Source: Octopus sinensis (taxonomy: Eukaryota). From it: 64,000 nucleotides of DNA. The notes under the pieces were generated by a model. The model was given only the letters and a program-made list of their open reading frames with translations. It did no database searches and was not told the origin of the DNA. Position numbers and translations under genes: made by a program. This document shows, piece after piece, positions 1-11,207 of this stretch. The DNA lies in contig NC_043004.1 in the NCBI RefSeq assembly GCF_006345805.1, forward strand, positions 8,246,001 through 8,310,000, given 5' to 3'. Position 1 is the first letter of the stretch. Every line of letters begins with the position of its first letter.

Positions 1-35
1 TAGAAAGCACGAAATTCTTGAGCATCTCATATATA

Positions 36-58
36 CATTAATTTCTTGTCTCATATAT

Positions 59-142
<84 letters not shown>

Positions 143-228
143 ATATATATATATAAATTCTTGTCTCATATATATATATATATATACATTCTTGTCTCAT
201 ATATATATACATATATACATTCTTGTCT
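36..228. repeat. (TA)n microsatellite punctuated by four copies of TTCTTGTCT(CA)
   Basis: Motif ttcttgtct recurs at ~42, ~158, ~189 and ~220, separated by TA runs. Confidence 0.85.
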
Positions 229-329
229 AAGTGAGCAGGAATTGCAAACGCAATCCCTACTTCGGTTCTATATGAATGAACATATAGCAGGTTCTACACA
301 CTTTTAACAAACGATTGTGTTTAACACTT

Positions 330-1000
330 CCTTATGTCAGAAAACATACAAATATTTTTTTGTGTCCGATTATGTATATTTCTTTGCACGGAGGCGCTTC
401 TGCACATCTTGGGCATTGACATGAGTAATGATGCATCTTTCTACGCGCATATTAGTAAGTTAGCAATTATAATGCAGACGGCTGGCTAGATGGACCCTTA
501 GAACTTTCAAAATAAGACAACAGGAAACCAAAATTGATGTTCGAATCGTTTCTTCCTAATTTCCATACGTTCTGCATTTAAGATATTCTACTTAATGGCA
601 CGCTTTCGATGGTTTCTGGTATGAGGCAGTTAAGAATACACTTCAGTCTTTGATTCGAGTTATAGATTTCTTGACAAGGAGTGCGATGTTTACTTATATA
701 TCTGCATCCTGTCCAGTTTTTTCTCTGTAAGAGATTCATTGTTCTCTATTTACCCTGTTCTCCTGTAGTTACATGATTAGCGTAGTTCTTAGCTTTTTTC
801 ACCATGTAGCATTTTCTTACCCTTTCTCTGTTTCTCCGTTCGTCTCACAACCGCCATTTCTGCCTTGAATTCGTTGACTTCGTTTATGAAATTCTTTTAT
901 TTTCTGTTTCGTTGCTATTTATATTTTTCCTTTATTGTTTACGAAATATTTTTTTCGTCAAACAGTCGGCATTTTATGACAGTTTCAACTTATAGAAATC
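330..1000 (-). pseudogene. Possible degenerate LINE ORF1/gag-like remnant
   Basis: Minus-strand translation with stops and frameshifts gives a coiled-coil-like stretch (NEVNEFKAEMAVVRRTEKQRK), a KNYA motif, then Cys-rich pieces (HYNC*..RC, CQCPRCAEA..CKE) reminiscent of zinc knuckles. The match is weak. Confidence 0.3.
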
Positions 1001-1902
1001 TTTTTCCTTCCTGTATCCGCGTTAAACATAATCTTTCTCTGCCAGACTTTAGGTGGTCTACGAAATTTAGTAATGATTAGTTTTTGTTTTGTTTCTCCAG
1101 TTAAAATATTAAGTAACTAAAACTTACAGCTGAGGCAGCTAAAGTACCAATACGTGTTACCTTATTTTTGCATTTCTTTTTGTTTTATACGTTAATCTAA
1201 TATGTTTTTTAATACTCTTTCCCACATTTCTTCATTTCTGTGGAATATTTTCATGGACAATGAAACAGTAATTGTTTAAATGAGTGTAGTATTTTGAAAA
1301 AAAAGGCATGTTTTCCAAGAACATACAATGGAAATGCAAACTGATATTTTAAAGTCTATATTGCTTTGTTTACTTTTTGCACATTTTTATGAAGCTCAGC
1401 CTGAAAGTTTTCCTGGGATTCAATAATTCTGTGTCAATTTATGCACCAACGGAAAAATCACAAAATTTTTTAAAGCAATTTATTTCAAGTATAATTGATT
1501 CATGTGTTACCTGAGTACTACTGCTAACACATACGCTCACACACACACACAACGTACACACAGCGAGCGCACGCGCGCGTGTGTGTGGAGGCAATTATGC
1601 AAGACATTACCGAAAGGACATGACTGTATTGTTGTTCTCATCCATGTCTACTCCATGGTATTTCATTTGTCCCCTGCAAATTGATAAAACAATTGTAATC
1701 CATGGAATAAATGTATTACCAGCTACTCCATCCCTGGCTTGTATATATATATATAATATGAGGGAATATTATTCCAAACTTACAGGGAAAAATTCAATTT
1801 AGAAATACTAAATCAAATTTCACAAAATATAATATAATATATATATATTTGTATATATATATATACATACATACATACATATATATATATATATATTATA
1901 TA

Positions 1903-1936
<34 letters not shown>

Positions 1937-1940
<4 letters not shown>

Positions 1941-2734
1941 CAATAATATGTTACTTTACTCGGTAGTCAAGATAAAACTCTGAGTTTCAGATGCCGAAGA
2001 GGAAATCCACAACACCATCTCTTCGGTTATCTGGCTACTTGAAAACGCTATGAAAAAATACCGTTAAATAAAGGGAAATTACTGTGTTATAACTCTGCTT
2101 GCCTGCGTACTTATACATCGCTCGCATTTTTCGTCATAAAAATTATGTAAAAATACATAAAAAATATATATAAAAATATATAAAAATATATAAAATTTTC
2201 TTGGGAGATAACATAGAAAGCATGTTCTATCTGTTTTCTTTAGGGGACCAAAAACGTAACAGAAATTTAGTCACATGTGGGCATGATCCGAAGGTGCGGT
2301 CTATGCGACATGGAGAGATGGCTTATCTGGAAAAGCAGCTTAGACCCTACTACATGTCTAAATACAAGGACAGAACTTTTCGGATCATGCCCACATGTGA
2401 CTAAATTTCTGCTACGTTTTTGGTCCCCTAAAGAAAACAGATAGAACATGCTTTCTATGTTATGTCCCAAGAAGATTTTATATATTTTTATATATTTTTA
2501 TATATATTTTTTATGTATTTTTACATAATTTTTATGACGAAAAATGCGAGCGATGTATAAGTACGCAGACAAGCAGAGTTATAACACAGTAATTTCCCTT
2601 TATTTAACGGTATTTTTTCATAGCGTTTTCAAATAGCCAGATAACCGAAGAGATGGTGTTGTGGATTTCCACTTCGGCATCTGAAACTCAGAGTTTTATC
2701 TTGACTACCGAGTAAAGTAACATATTATTGTATA
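1937..2734. mobile_element. Long foldback (356-bp inverted arms, 86-bp spacer), Penelope-like element 3' end with inverted pseudo-LTR
   Basis: 1937-2292 is the reverse complement of 2379-2734 with about six substitutions by eye. The spacer and right arm translate as RTFRIMPTCD*..RKQIEHAF, like a PLE GIY-YIG C-terminus. Each arm has a hammerhead-like motif. Confidence 0.8.
2639..2701 (+). ncRNA. Variant type-I hammerhead-like motif (antisense twin at 1970-2032)
   Basis: AGATAA-CCGAAGA-[GATG..CATC stem II]-T-GAAA-CTCAGA-GTT-TTATCT. Stem I is AGATAA/TTATCT. The core has U4>C and the triplet is GUU. Confidence 0.5.
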
Positions 2735-2869
2735 GATAAATTTCCTCTATTTATATAATATTGAGGTCTCTTTCTTTCTTTTGTTATCTTACAGTTTTAT
2801 CAATATATATATATATATATATATACTTACACATATTCATATAAGTGTGTGTGTGTGTGTGTGTAGTGG

Positions 2870-3087
2870 GGACGGTGATCTTGCAGAATCGCTAGCACGC
2901 CGAGTAAAATACCTGGCAGTATTTCGCTTTTACGTTCTGAGTTCAAATGCTGACGGGGTCGACTTTGCATTTCATCCTTACGAGGGTCGATAAAACACGA
3001 ACGAGACGATACTGAGGTTTGTACAATCGAATGTTTCCTTAGCCTTCAAATGGGTGGTCTTGTTCTCTGTGTTAGAAATAATTATCA
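2870..3087 (+). mobile_element. tRNA-derived SINE family A (Meta-domain-like), diverged
   Basis: Contains gttctgagttcaaat (B-box-like) and gtcgactttgcatttcatcc, matching the family consensus seen elsewhere in the window. Confidence 0.8.
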
Positions 3088-4061
3088 TATCAAAATAACC
3101 CTCAACCCTTCTGTTTTATATTTTACTTTCACAGAGCTTTGTCTCAATTCGCGGCATGCAATATGTCTGCGTTCTGTATGTGCTGTTAACTGATACATGC
3201 GTCGGTTCTACTATTGAAAATGTGGTTGCAATTTCTCCTCCTGTCTGTCTATAAGCAAAGAAACACTTTGTATAGTTATAAAAATTTGAATTGAGCGGTA
3301 TCTCAGATATGAAATAAAATACAACATAGTGACATTATTTTACGTGGCTTTACTTGTTTTGTGTTTAAAAATAAACAACTGAATGAATGAATTTGAGACT
3401 AATTTATTAATGCTGTAATACTCGAACGTGTTTCAAGTTAAATCCTGCAATATTTGGACGACTATATGTGTGTCGTAGTAGAGATTAACATAAGTAGATA
3501 TTTAAATAAGATATCCTTATGTAGGATATGCAACGAGGGTGTTTTACTAGATTTCAGATTACGGCTCTCATAACTCTCGTAAACTGTAACATAGTATAAA
3601 CTAGGGAGTAGGGTATCCTCTTGATGTAAAACTACGCGATAAATATGATTTGTATGGAGGTATATATGGATACATTTACGTTTACAGAAGTGAAACGGAG
3701 AGTAATATGAATCCTTATAATGATTTGATGAAGATTATGAATAATCAAATGTAATAGAATATATCTATAATGTTACGAAGTTAAGTTTAATCTCTTCATA
3801 AAACTCAAGCATCAACAAAGCTACTACTTAACTCGTGTTTTCTGTCGCATGAATCAGTTAACAAAACGGAGTATTTAAATGAGAGGTAATTTTCCCAAAT
3901 GTTTTGACACTATTCAGAAAGTTTAGTGAACGCGCAACAGACAGCTTAAAATAAATAATAAAATAAAAACGCCACGCCCCGCTATAAAACAACACGTCGT
4001 AAGTACCTTGATATATACTAATGGTAAGCTGATATTACATTAATATTTCTGCTCAGCTGAA

Positions 4062-4351
4062 GGCGGCGAGCTGGCAGAAACGTTAGCACGCCGGGCGAAA
4101 TGCTTAGCAGTATTTCGTCTGCTACTACGTTCTGAGTTAAAATTCCACCGAGGTCGACTTTGCCTTTCATCCTTTCGGGGCCGATTAAATAAGTACCAGT
4201 TACGCACTGGGATCGATGTAATCGACTTAATCCATTTGTCTGTCATTGTTTGTTCCCTCTATGTTTAGCCCCTTGTGGGCAATAAAGAAATAAGAATCAT
4301 TAGCACGTCGGTCGTACGTTCTAAGTTCAAATTCCGCCGAGGTCGACTTTG
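4062..4351 (+). mobile_element. SINE family A plus truncated second module
   Basis: Head ggcggcgagctggcagaaacgttagcacgccgggcg and core gtcgactttgcctttcatcctttcgggg. The second module ends at the LINE junction. Confidence 0.9.
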
Positions 4352-6336
4352 TCATGTTTACATTTGACAGACGTTTTGACGGGAATATTCCACCAGTATT
4401 CCTTGCACTGATGTTTATGAATGTATTTCATAACAGTGTTGTTTTCTTAGTTTATTTCAGGAAACTCTTTTTTGCGGATGGCATTGTAGAATGTTTTAAT
4501 AACAACATTGTGCCGCATAGGCAGGTAGTACTGTGACGACATTTTAGGACAGCTGCTAATCACATGCGTGATGTCTTCCACAGAAACATATCATAGCCTA
4601 CATATCCGGTTGCTTCTTGGGATTACAAAGTACCTTGTTCACCAGGTACTTTGTGGCAATCTCTTGTTCCTGGGTTGCAAACGCATAGCCTTCAAAGTGT
4701 AATGTGATGTAATGGTCTTGTGTCCAATTGAGGCTGTGCTCCATGTCAATTCTACTGTCTTCTTCAAGCTTCCAGGTAACATACCCATGCATAGTCTTTT
4801 TACTTTTTGTATGCTGAGTGATCTCCATCCAAGTCTTCTCTGAGGTAAGAGAGCCCAGCTGTTTGGGAGCTGTATAGGAGATCAACAGAAGAGAGTGCTT
4901 CTGAAGGATCTCACTGCCAACTCGTACAATGTTGCTCTCTTCACTTTTCAGTACTGTATTTATATATTTATTTTTGCTGCTGTTGTTCAGCAGGCGCTGC
5001 CTGAATGATACCATACGGCATTGATCTCAGGCCTCTACCACCATCATGGTAGAGTCTGTCAACATCAATGTTTCTGTGGAAGTTCCCAGTTGTTGTCAGG
5101 ATTTTGCGGGTTTTGATATCTATGGAGTAGATTTCCTCTGCAGACCAATCAAGTATCCCAAATGTTGGGATCAGTACTGATACTGCAATGCCTTGTGGGA
5201 TATTTTTTTTGTTGTAAGAGGAGAGTTCTGACTGCCATATTTTCCTAAGTCTGCTGTAATATACTCGGGTCACTCTATCTTTATTCACAGTGCCCTCATA
5301 TGATACATTTTCCCCTATTAGGTACTTGTAACATTCCTTGTGTGGAATGGGGGAGATCATGCACAGGTTTTGGGTTTGGGGACTGATTTTCCTCGTTCTA
5401 TAACCAAATATAAACATTTCTTTTGGCCAAATTCTATGCCTATATCAGATGAAAACATTGTTATTAATTCCAGTTGTTTTTTGGTATTGTTAACACTTTT
5501 AGCATAAATCTACAAAGAAATTATGAGTTACAATGATATTTCTCGCAGTTGAAGATTCTAGCATGTAACAATTTGTTTTGTGGCGTAGGAACGATAATGG
5601 TTTCAGTGCCAAAATGAAAAGAAGTACAGAAAGACTATCTCCCCGGAATCTTCCCTTTGAAATGCCTATAGTATCTGAAACAGTTGTTCTGTTCTCAGTT
5701 GGAAGGATGAGAATTGTCCATGTCTTTGTGAGTCTCTCTCTATAGCAGCAGTTAGTGTGGTAGGTACCTTTGCCAAATGTAGGCACATCAACAGCTATGA
5801 ATGAGGGAAGGAGTCGAATGCCTTCTTATAGTCAAACCGTTCTGTCACAAGGTTTCTACGTTGTTTTCTTACTTCAGGCAGTAAAGCTTTGTTTATTAAA
5901 AGTTGCTCGGCACATCCCCACACTTCCTTCTTTCCAACAGCCTGCTCATCAGTCACAATGTTGTTCGATTCACAACGGTCCTGGAGAAATTGGTTGTGGC
6001 AACTTGTGTACAGTTTTTACATAATGTTTAGACAAACAATGTGCCTGTGGTTTTCTGCCATCTCGGCGATTTCATTTTTGGCGACAATATTTGTCCTTGC
6101 TGTAGCAAGCCAATTTGGTATATCAGTCTGACCTTCCATAGTCCTTTTGAAAATAGATATCAACTGGTTTCTATAAGATGTCAGATTCTTGTACCTATAT
6201 CTAACTATTAGGTCCCTTCCAGGTGCCTTCCCATTCTGCAGTTTGCTTACTGCTATAGCGAAGGTTTCTGCATCAATTTTGTATGTTTTACTGTTAGTGT
6301 TGGTACAGTATTCTCTCTCAATTGCATTTAATCATG
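4352..6336 (-). mobile_element. Degenerate R4/Dong-clade non-LTR retrotransposon (RT + CCHC finger)
   Basis: Minus-strand fragments: KGRFRGDSLSVLLFILALKPLS, THNFFVD (RT), YKYLIG, DVDRLY..GGRGL, MHGY, AxQEQEIATKY, EDITHVISSCPKMSSQYYLPMRHN, EYWWNIPVKTSVKCKHDK. Many stops and frameshifts. Confidence 0.88.
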
Positions 6337-7289
6337 ATGTATGTATGTATGTATGTATGTATGTATGTATGTATGTATGTATACCTTAGAATATCAAAAC
6401 TGGTTTCCAGAGCAAGTTTTTCTACGTATTTCTACTTCTTTTCGATCTGTCTAGTAACCACGTCGCTGTTGAGCTTGCTAAAGAAAAGTTAAGATTTCGT
6501 AAAACAAAACAATGTATTTTATTAGTTTTTTTTTTACCACACTTGTAAAACCGTCGGGTTTTCTTCAATTGTTTGTAAGAAACCAGAGTGGATATTTAAT
6601 CAAGCAAGCCAGCAAAAAATAAATACAACTTAATATTATTTTTGCTGACTGGTTACATATTTAGTATGGTGGGAGGTAGACGCAAGTTGGGGTATCACAT
6701 TCCTGCTTGTCTGACCTTTCTGCATTACTCCAATTATACACAAAACGTTTGCTAATGGAACATGATTTCAATAAAATAAAAGATGAAATGCGCAGATGTG
6801 CAGAACAGGAAGTTGCATCGATGCGAGACTGCTACATGTCTATAAATTGAAATGTACTCAGGAATCGAGGCATTATTTTTCTAGAGGTTTCTTGCTGTTA
6901 TGTATGTATATATGTATATATAAAATACAGTGTACATTTAAATGCATGAGGAATCCACTCGTGAGATAGGGAAATCTTATCGGCCCAGTTGTATTATGTA
7001 AATTATCAAGAATCATTGTTATGCTTTTTAGTATTAAGATATGCCGGGTGCATTCGGTACGTTTATAGTTTTGTAACATGTAGGTTATATTGAACAGAAA
7101 TGAGTATTCTGAATCATAATATTTTATTTATGCCAAGGATTTCGTATTTAGTCTTATATCAAATTTGATATTTTAGAGAATGTTCAAAATAATTACATTC
7201 ATTTCATTAGTTTACAGGAATGAGGATGGTAAAGGTGATAAAACCAAAGGTGGTGGGGGGTGCTTTGCTTTCTATCCTCATAAAAAATC

Positions 7290-8190
7290 CTGAGTCCATC
7301 TCGAGTAAAGTTATGATTCATTACAATAAACAGCAGCAGCACACTAGAATTAACGAGTGTTTCGTTGGCTTACCGTACCGGGTTAAAGGCCGTTTGCAGG
7401 AATACTTAGCTTCTATAGAACACCAGGAATACACATCATGGGTTTCGAGTTACAGGTACAAGAGTTTTGCTTTCAGATTCGGGAAAGAAATAGCTTAACC
7501 CATAAAACGTTGGGATTTGCACTTACATAGCGTGGACTGCTGCGCACATTTTATGAAAATGAAAGTTTTACATAATCTGAAAAGTCATTAGTTGAACTAG
7601 TAATCCTCTTGCATTCTGGGGGATATCGGAGTGTTTGAGTGACTTTAGACCCCAACAAACGCCCATAAATTAAATGCATCTATCTGGGCCACATCCTGGA
7701 CTGTCGACCTGTGCCTGACGGCTACGATTGTGACCCGTCGCGCTTTACGTATTAATATACACATCCACTCACATCTTTTCACAATTCCTCTTCTCACAAT
7801 TTGTTTATTCACAGACAGATACATCCAGCGCTAAATAAATAGTAGTTTAATCCTTTCTACTGAAAACAAATTGTAAAATAGTAAATAATGATAATAATTT
7901 ATTTTTAACTCGGCGCAAACCCGTATAATTTAGGATGGTTAGAATATTGTGATGTTCGTAATTTCTAAAATTAGCATACTTAAATATATAACAACGTCGC
8001 CATGATAGATCGTTAGCCACTACACGCATTTTTTTCTCTCCTTGTTTTTTATTCTGTGTCCTTTTCTGTAGAAGAGCGTAGGCTCGAAACGTAAAAGACT
8101 TTTTCTATTCCTGAGCGTTATACTAATACATGTTTGTTTTCTACACTACCTGTCTTCGTCTTTTGTTTTTTTCGTAAACTCTCCCTATAT
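7290..8190 (+). mobile_element. Probable old Penelope-like remnant (degenerate GIY-YIG + 3' repeat)
   Basis: ORF 7220-7498 includes SSKVMIHY..ECFVGLPYRVKGRLQEYLASI, which is GIY-YIG-like. FW..TLDPN lies near 7615-7655. A minimal hammerhead-like motif follows at 8061. Confidence 0.4.
8061..8097 (+). ncRNA. Minimal PLE-type hammerhead-like motif, core-mutated
   Basis: CTTTT-CTGTAGA-A-GAGC-GTAG-GCTC-GAAACGTA-AAAG. The layout matches PLE minimal hammerheads (CUGAnGA-A-stem-GAAACGUH), but the core reads CUGUAGA. Confidence 0.5.
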
Positions 8191-9112
8191 AACAACTTCA
8201 CTCGGCCTTTTCAAAGCTCATCTCCTACTCTACTTTGTAGAGAAAGAAGTTAGCTCACCTCAAGCTAATAATTCCTAGCGTTGTTACAAAGCCACACATT
8301 TTGGGACAGAGGAGAGCCAATTAAATCGATTAAGTACACGATGAAAAGATAGTGGAGAGGGGAAGGAAACCCCGGCGAAATTTGAACCTAAAATGGAGAG
8401 GAACGTAGCTAATTATCATTATATATTTTACTGGTTTCCCTACCATTCCTGGTAGTCTAACCATTTTCATCATAGTGAAACAACAACAACAACAACGACG
8501 ACGGCGACGACGACTTATAGAAAGTTAATCAATAAGTGTTGCTGGTCCCCATTGCCTGTCTGTTTTATAGCTTCAGTGTGCTGTTAGGCGTAAAGGAAAC
8601 AAAATATTGAATGAAACAGCAACGAATAACAAAAGGCAAACAAAAGAAAAAGAAACGGAAAGAAAAAAAAAAGACAGGATGGAAGTCCCAAAAGTTAGTC
8701 TGGAGCTGCAGATAATATTTCCAAGTTGAAGGTAATGGAAAGGGAATAGAATATTGGTGACATAACCGAATCATATTTGGTGACAAAGCTTCGTCACTCG
8801 TAGTATGACACTGTTTTGCGAAAGCCAAACAACAACATGGAAGGGAGACTCAGACACACACAAATACGAAACACAATATTTTTCTTAAGTTTTGTAATAA
8901 ATAAACAAATAAAAAGTTTGGAAAATGGTTGAATTGTCTGAGAGTCGCCTTCTGACAAACTGTACCTGAACGTTACGAGTTCAATAACCGGTGGGGACAA
9001 CTTTACCTTGCAAGTTTCCTAGATCGATAAAATATGTATCATTTAAATATGGAGGATGATCTAATCGATTAAATCCGTCTCTATCATGTTTGATCTTGTA
9101 ATACGTGAATGA

Positions 9113-9331
9113 GTTCTTTCTACAAAAGGTAAAACACCTGATATTTTATGGGACAGGTAAATCAATTACATCGACGCAGGTGTTTATCTGATAATTATTT
9201 TATCGACGTCAAAAGAATGAAAGGCAAAGGCGACCTCGGCGGAATATGAACACTCAGACTGTAAATCCGGAAGAAGAAATATCTCCAAGGATTTTTGTCC
9301 GACGCACTAACAATTCTACCAGCTCACGCCT
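9113..9331 (-). mobile_element. SINE family A, diverged
   Basis: gaatgaaaggcaaaggcgacctcggcggaat is the reverse complement of the family core. Confidence 0.75.
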
Positions 9332-9340
9332 TTAATGAAT

Positions 9341-9922
9341 AATCTTTTCTACTCTAGGTACCAGTCCCGAAATTTTGGGGGAGGGGGCCAGTCGGTTAGA
9401 TCAACACCATTACGTAACTGGTACTTAATTTATCGATCTCAAAAGGATGAAAAGCAAAGTCGACATTGGTGGAATTTGAACTCAGAACGTAGCGGCAGAC
9501 GAAATACCTATTTCTTTACTACCCACAAGGGGCTACACACAGAGAGGGCAAACAACGACAGACAAACGGATTGAGTCGATTATATCGACCCCAATGCGTA
9601 ACTGGTACTTATTTAATCGACCCCGAAAGGATGAAAGGCAAAGTCGACCTCGGCGGAATTTGAACTAAGAACGTAGCGGCAGACGAAATACCTGTTTCTT
9701 TACTACCCACAAGGGGCTAAACACAGAGAGGACAAACAAGGACAGACAAATGGATTAAGTCGATTATATCGACCCCAGTGCGTAATTGGTGGTTAATTTA
9801 TCGACCCCGAAAGGATGAAAGGCAAAGTCGATCTCGGCGGAATTTGAACTCAGAACGTAAAGACAAACGAAATACGGCTACGCATTTTTCACGGCGTGCT
9901 AACGGTTCTGCCAGCTCACCCC
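9341..9922 (-). mobile_element. SINE family A trimer (head + three core modules)
   Basis: Three tandem copies of ggatgaaa(g)gcaaagtcga...ggaatttgaact.agaacgta at ~9445, ~9629 and ~9813, with a single head at ~9890-9922. Confidence 0.9.
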
Positions 9923-10569
9923 TTACGCCTGTAATGAATATTATAAACACACTGCCATAAGTTACATTTAGTTTTATTTATGTGATTCTCTTTTTCTTCG
10001 TCTCTTTCTTTATTTTCATAGTGCGAAGAACCAGCAAACAACACCGTAGAGCTGAAGGTCGATTTTCCACTGACGACATTTTGTTGCTCGATGAAATAAA
10101 TATTCGACACAAACTATTTGACAAGTCACCCATTTACTCAGCGCTTCTTGTAAGCAAATATAGGAAGTCCTAATACAAAAACAGATAAAATCACCGAGGG
10201 TGTTGTTGCTAGTCATGTTTTATATTAACAAAACAATCAATATTGTAAAATGAAAGCTCCTTCCTTCGCACTCTCTTGAAATGAATGAAAAATAAACAAG
10301 AAGAAATCATTGATTAATGTTTATCTTAATGTTAATCTGTTCATCTACTCAACAACTACAAAATGTGTTTCGAACAAAAAGAACGATGCATACATACACG
10401 CGTACATTTGTGTGTGTGTGTTCATACCATATGTATATATATATATATATATATATTCAGTTGAATATGGTACTTAAGTTAAAGGTACCAGAATTTAGTA
10501 TGGTATTATCCATATAATTCAAAACGGGGTGATTACAATCAAAATAAGCAACAAGGATATCCAGAGGTA

Positions 10570-10659
10570 ATGCAGTACAATCGTTTCATGCGACTCCATT
10601 TAATTGAACAATGCAAATATTACATCAGTTTTAAAATGTAGAGCAATCTTCAGCTGCAT
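10570..10659 (-). ncRNA. Type-I hammerhead-like motif with long stem II
   Basis: Minus strand: ATGCAG-CTGAAGA-[~59 nt]-GAAAC-GATT-GTA-CTGCAT. Stem I is a perfect 6 bp and the triplet is GUA. Confidence 0.65.
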
Positions 10660-10787
10660 AAAATTTACTACTATGATATTGTTGATGAAACATGTCCTTT
10701 GTCTATCTACTTATCCTCTTTGTGATTTTGGTTAATAGAATAACTATACAAATGAATCCTTTGAATTTAACTAAATTCTATGTTTTT

Positions 10788-10877
10788 ATGGAGCTGAAGA
10801 TTTCTCTACATTTTAAAACTGATGTAATATTTTCATTGTTCAATTAAATGGAGAAGCATGAAACAATCGTACTTCAT
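10788..10877 (+). ncRNA. Type-I hammerhead-like motif with long stem II
   Basis: ATGGAG-CTGAAGA-[59 nt]-GAAAC-AATC-GTA-CTTCAT. Stem I is 6 bp with one G-U pair. Confidence 0.65.
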
Positions 10878-11207
10878 TACAAAAATACATATGTATATAT
10901 ACACATGTATTGGAATTTTCTCTGATTTTTCAGATTTTTGTATGCTAGGCTATTGGTTTTAAATTGATATTAATTAAATTAATATCCAATTTATCTCCCT
11001 CATTATTTAAATGTTAAAATAAATATGTTCTCTAATATGCAGCATTAACTGCAGTAAATTATTTGCTGCAGTTTTTGTTTCCGGAATTTAGCGCGCCAGA
11101 ACTCAGACATTTGAAATTAACCCCAATGTAATAGTTAGAACTAAGTACGTATCTGTTTTATACAGAAAACCGGTGGTTAGTTTTACAAATTATATTGCTT
11201 TTGGAAC

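Larger units (their letters stand above)
10567..10880. mobile_element. Foldback of two inverted hammerhead-containing repeats (PLE pseudo-LTR type)
   Basis: 10567-10663 is the reverse complement of 10785-10880 with several mismatches. Each arm is essentially one hammerhead motif. Confidence 0.75.

Noticed and set aside
9341-9922. Regularly spaced repeats suggesting a CRISPR-like array
   Set aside because: The intervening segments are homologous to each other, the units are SINE modules, there are no cas genes, and the context is eukaryotic.
10069-10110. CTGACGA..GAAA motif
   Set aside because: No stem I pairing, so consistent with chance.
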